Shown piece by piece: positions 60,761-64,000 of a stretch of DNA of 64,000 nt (position 1 is its first letter; each line of letters begins with the position of its first letter). Below the pieces are notes generated by a model that did no database searches, was not told the origin of the DNA, and saw nothing but the letters and a program-made list of their open reading frames with translations. The DNA is from an uncultured Acidobacteriota bacterium. Lineage in GTDB: Bacteria; Acidobacteriota; UBA6911. The stretch covers positions 192,001 to 256,000 of the forward strand of contig CAWEJX010000012.1 of the NCBI GenBank assembly GCA_963809485.1. The letters are read 5' to 3'. The translations under genes were made by a program, and so were the position numbers.

Positions 60761-62806
60761 TTACCAGACGCGGCAGCGCTTTTCGGGGGCCATGGGGGCG
60801 CCGGGCTTGCACTGGAAAGCCTGCCGGAACTCCGGCATATTGGTAACCACTCCATTGACCCGGAACCGTCCCGCGGAATGCTCGTTGGATTGCGCCTGAA
60901 GACGCGCAGCCTCCGGCGACACATTTTCACACCAGACCTGTCCCCAGCCGAGAAAGAACCTTTGCTCGGGAGTGAACCCGTTGATTGCCTGGGCGTTTTT
61001 TCCGGCGCCGGCCAGGTAAGCCATCAGCGCAATGCGAAGGCCGCCGTTATCCGCGATGTTTTCTCCCAGGGTCAGCTTGCCGTTGACGTGCAGGTCATCG
61101 ATCGCCACGAAGCCATTGTATTCGTCGACCAGGCACTGGGAGCCCTTCTCGAAGGCTTCGGCGTCCTCCGCAGTCCACCAGTCTCCCAGATTGCCTTGCG
61201 CGTCGAACTGCCGTCCCTGGTCGTCGAAGCCGTGGGTCAGCTCATGCCCTATGACTGCTCCGATGCCACCATAGTTCGATGCGTCGTCCCCCTTTCGATC
61301 AAAAAAGGGAGGCTGGAGGATTCCCGCCGGAAAGTTGATGTTGTTTTCCAGCGGATTGTAGTATGCGTTAACGGTCGGCGGCGTCATGCCCCATTCCGCC
61401 TTGTCCACCGGCCCGCCGATTTTCACCAGCTGGCGATGGCTTTCGAATCCGATCGCACGGCGCGCGTTGCCGAGAGTGTCGCCGCGAATGATCTGCAGTT
61501 TCCCGTAGTCGCGCCACCTATCGGGATAGCCGATTTTGTTGGTGATTGCCTGAAGCTTGATGAGCGCCTGCTTCTTGGTCGCGTCCGTCATCCAGGGCAG
61601 ATCCCGGATGTCACGTTTGAGCGCCTCTTCAAGCGCCTGCACCATGACGAGCGTGCGCTCCTTCCCTTCCGGTCCAAAAATCTTTTCGACATAGGCTACG
61701 CCAAGCGCCTCTCCAAGAGCATCGTCCGTGTATGCCACGCAGCGCTTCCAGCGCGGACGAAGCTCCTTTTGCCCTGTGAGGGTTCTGCCGTAAAATGCAA
61801 AGTTTTCATCGACGAAGGCGCGCGGCAGCACCGGCGCGGCGTCGCTGAGCACATTCCAGGTGAGGTAGGTACGGATCTCCTCCATAGTGGCTGCATCGAT
61901 GACGTGGTTCATGCCTTTGAAAAATTCCGGCATACCCACGTTGAGGTCCATAAACTTTGGCGAGGGTATTTCCGCAAAATATCTGTTCCACGCAAAGGCC
62001 GGGCTCAATGTTTGCAGGTCCTGGACCGTCATCTTGTGATAGATTGCGGTCGGATCGCGAAGGGCGATGATGTCCAGCGAAACCTTCGCCAGGTCGGTCT
62101 CGATGCGCATGACGGTTTCCGAGGCGGCTTTCGCTTTATCCGGCGCCCAGCCAAGCAGCTGAAACATGTTCTGGATATGCCGGACGTACTTCTCGCGAAG
62201 CTCCCTGGCCTTCGGATCATCCCGGAAATAGTAGTCGCGATCCGGCAAACCGATCCCCGCCTGCGAGACTCCGGCAATCACCGTGCTGGAGTTCTTGAAG
62301 TCGGGCTCCGCGCCGATTCCGAAGAATACGTTCGGGCCGTTGACATGGAGGTATGCGAGATATGCCGGCAGGTCCTCTTTGGTCTTAAGCGCCGCAATGC
62401 GGTCGAGTTCAGGTTTGAGCGGGGCGATCCCCTGCTTCTCGATCGCCGATTCATCCATGCAGCTTGCATAAAAGTCGCCGATCTTTTGATCGTTGGCATT
62501 TCTTAGCGCGGAGGGTGTACTGGCGCCTTCAAGGATGTCGCGCAGGATGAGGTAGTTGTTCTGGGCAAGCTCGTTGAAGCGCCCCCACTTCGCCTGGTCG
62601 GAGGGAATCGGATTGTTCTTCATCCAGTTGCCGCAGGCAAACTGGTAAAAATCCGTACATGGATCTATGCTGCGGTCCATCGCATCCGAATCGAACATTT
62701 TAATATTCCTGGGCTCGGCCCGGGATTGTGACGGGATTGAAGTCTGAGCCGGCAAAAAGCCGCTCGCCATAAGAATCAGCAAAATCGCCGAAAAGATATT
62801 TCGCAT
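60761..62806 (-). CDS. M13 (neprilysin/PepO-like) metallopeptidase
   Basis: PCTDFYQFACG, KIGYPD, VNAYY, HELTH, GENIAD. Confidence 0.96.
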   Translation of the reverse strand: MRNIFSAILLILMASGFLPAQTSIPSQSRAEPRNIKMFDSDAMDRSIDPCTDFYQFACGNWMKNNPIPSDQAKWGRFNELAQNNYLILRDILEGASTPSALRNANDQKIGDFYASCMDESAIEKQGIAPLKPELDRIAALKTKEDLPAYLAYLHVNGPNVFFGIGAEPDFKNSSTVIAGVSQAGIGLPDRDYYFRDDPKARELREKYVRHIQNMFQLLGWAPDKAKAASETVMRIETDLAKVSLDIIALRDPTAIYHKMTVQDLQTLSPAFAWNRYFAEIPSPKFMDLNVGMPEFFKGMNHVIDAATMEEIRTYLTWNVLSDAAPVLPRAFVDENFAFYGRTLTGQKELRPRWKRCVAYTDDALGEALGVAYVEKIFGPEGKERTLVMVQALEEALKRDIRDLPWMTDATKKQALIKLQAITNKIGYPDRWRDYGKLQIIRGDTLGNARRAIGFESHRQLVKIGGPVDKAEWGMTPPTVNAYYNPLENNINFPAGILQPPFFDRKGDDASNYGGIGAVIGHELTHGFDDQGRQFDAQGNLGDWWTAEDAEAFEKGSQCLVDEYNGFVAIDDLHVNGKLTLGENIADNGGLRIALMAYLAGAGKNAQAINGFTPEQRFFLGWGQVWCENVSPEAARLQAQSNEHSAGRFRVNGVVTNMPEFRQAFQCKPGAPMAPEKRCRVW

Positions 62807-63128
62807 GAAAACCTCTCATTCCCAGGGGAAATGTGGATGAATCGCTTATTTGCCGGTGAGGATCCACCATATCAATGCTCGTAATGCGCCTGCCGGTCTG
62901 CCCTGCTGGGGCGGTTCCGGCGACTCAACCATGCTCCCGCCATTATAGTATGCCCGAAGGTGGTCGGACCGCACAGGTTTCATGCAGGTTGCTGGGGGAG
63001 AAAATTGCTTTTCAACCGCTGCAGGGCGATGTTCATCCTTATAATATCTTGTCAAAATGGGTATTTATCCCCTATTCTCACGCGATCGCGCCAAACAGCA
63101 GAGACGCAATTCCATTAGGGGAGATAAG

Positions 63129-63629
63129 ATGGAGCCTGCCATGGCCGCCTCATCCGCTACCCCCAATGAATTAATGAGCCAGGCGACGCAATCGATAATT
63201 CTCGACCGCACGGATGTATATGCGGCGCTGATCCGCGAGCTGGCCGAACCTCCAAACCGGCCGCTGGTTTTTCACTGCACTGCCGGCAAGGACCGGGCGG
63301 GCATTGGATCGGCAATCGTGCTGACGCTGCTGGGCGTACCGTGGGAGACAGTCCGGGAGAATTACGTGCCGTCCAATTACTATCGCAAGGATGAAAACGA
63401 GCGGGAGCTCAAGAACATACGGGACGGGATCGCCGGAAAACAGGGTATCCCCCCGGATAAGGTTGACATGACTTCAATCGAGGCCATGTTCTATGTCAAA
63501 TCCGAGTACCTGGATGCCGCCCGCCAGGCCGTGATCGGCAAGTACGGCTCGATGGAATCCTACATTCGCGAAGGGCTCGGGATTTCCGATGAGGTAGTGG
63601 AAAAGCTCAGGAATGAGCTTCTCGAGTAA
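63129..63629 (+). pseudogene. Tyrosine-protein phosphatase (Y_phosphatase3 type), C-terminal portion only
   Basis: LVFHCTAGKDRAG P-loop and YGSMESY..GLG tail; the usual N-terminal NFRDLGG/DLR segment is not evident. Confidence 0.65.
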
Positions 63630-64000
63630 GGGTTTCAGTAATCCACAGCCTTGCCGAGCTTCTTGTAGATTTTGGCAGCTCCAGGGCCGGATAACGCCGA
63701 CAAACGCTGAAAAACGTCACTGATGAACGAGGACAAATAAGGTATCAGTCGGCGTTCACGAGTTGATGAGGCGTTCCCGCAGCCTGCCGGGCAGAGGCAT
63801 GCTGCGGCTTATTTTGCGGCCGGGCACGGGGAAAAGTAATAGGTTTTGCCTCCCTCGATGCTCTGGGCTTCCAGGCAGGCGGTATCGACCAGCAATTCCG
63901 GCTTGTAGCCGGTCTGCTCCCCGGCTTCCCCGATGTGGAGTTCCACCTTAACCGGGTAGTTGGTGAGGCTTAGGGGCTGAATCTTGTTGTGTTTGACGTC

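Noticed and set aside
60701-62506. Long antisense ORFs (601 aa here; also 48017-49279, 56149-57279 and 28272-29270)
   Set aside because: Shadow frames opposite well-supported genes in GC-rich DNA, with no recognisable motifs.
63763-64000. ORF 63763-63951 and a possible minus-strand gene end at the window edge
   Set aside because: No recognisable motif and too little sequence to support a call.

Overview
A ~56% GC window, probably from an Acidobacteriota genome (inferred from the TonB-receptor C-terminus at 1-185). Scattered single-base frameshifts, several in homopolymers, look like long-read errors. The headline is a 13-kb array (549-13765) of five exported paralogs resembling the UGSC (seleno)protein family. 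Four are split in the ORF track only by an in-frame UGA in a conserved G-H-U-S-T-C (UxxC) motif, each followed at identical spacing by a covarying SECIS-like hairpin (GCCGGC-GGUC-GYCGGY). The fifth paralog is uninterrupted and carries S-S-S-T instead of U-S-T-C, and a decayed sixth copy is visible. The array is interleaved with four paralogous secreted DUF4352-like proteins that share a conserved Cys. The rest is a large catabolic island: three Tat-exported flavoproteins, 2-hydroxyacyl-CoA dehydratase subunits with a family III CoA-transferase, CapA-like protein and GntR regulator, an AprBA-like pair, many secreted esterases (CocE/NonD, tannase, carboxylesterase), a triple-SnoaL lipoprotein, a polyol/sugar ABC transporter, VapBC, DoxX, an aldo/keto reductase and an M13 peptidase. 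There are four non-autonomous IS200/IS605-like elements, one TIR MITE and two recurring operator-like motifs. No selABCD, rRNA, tRNA or CRISPR array was seen.
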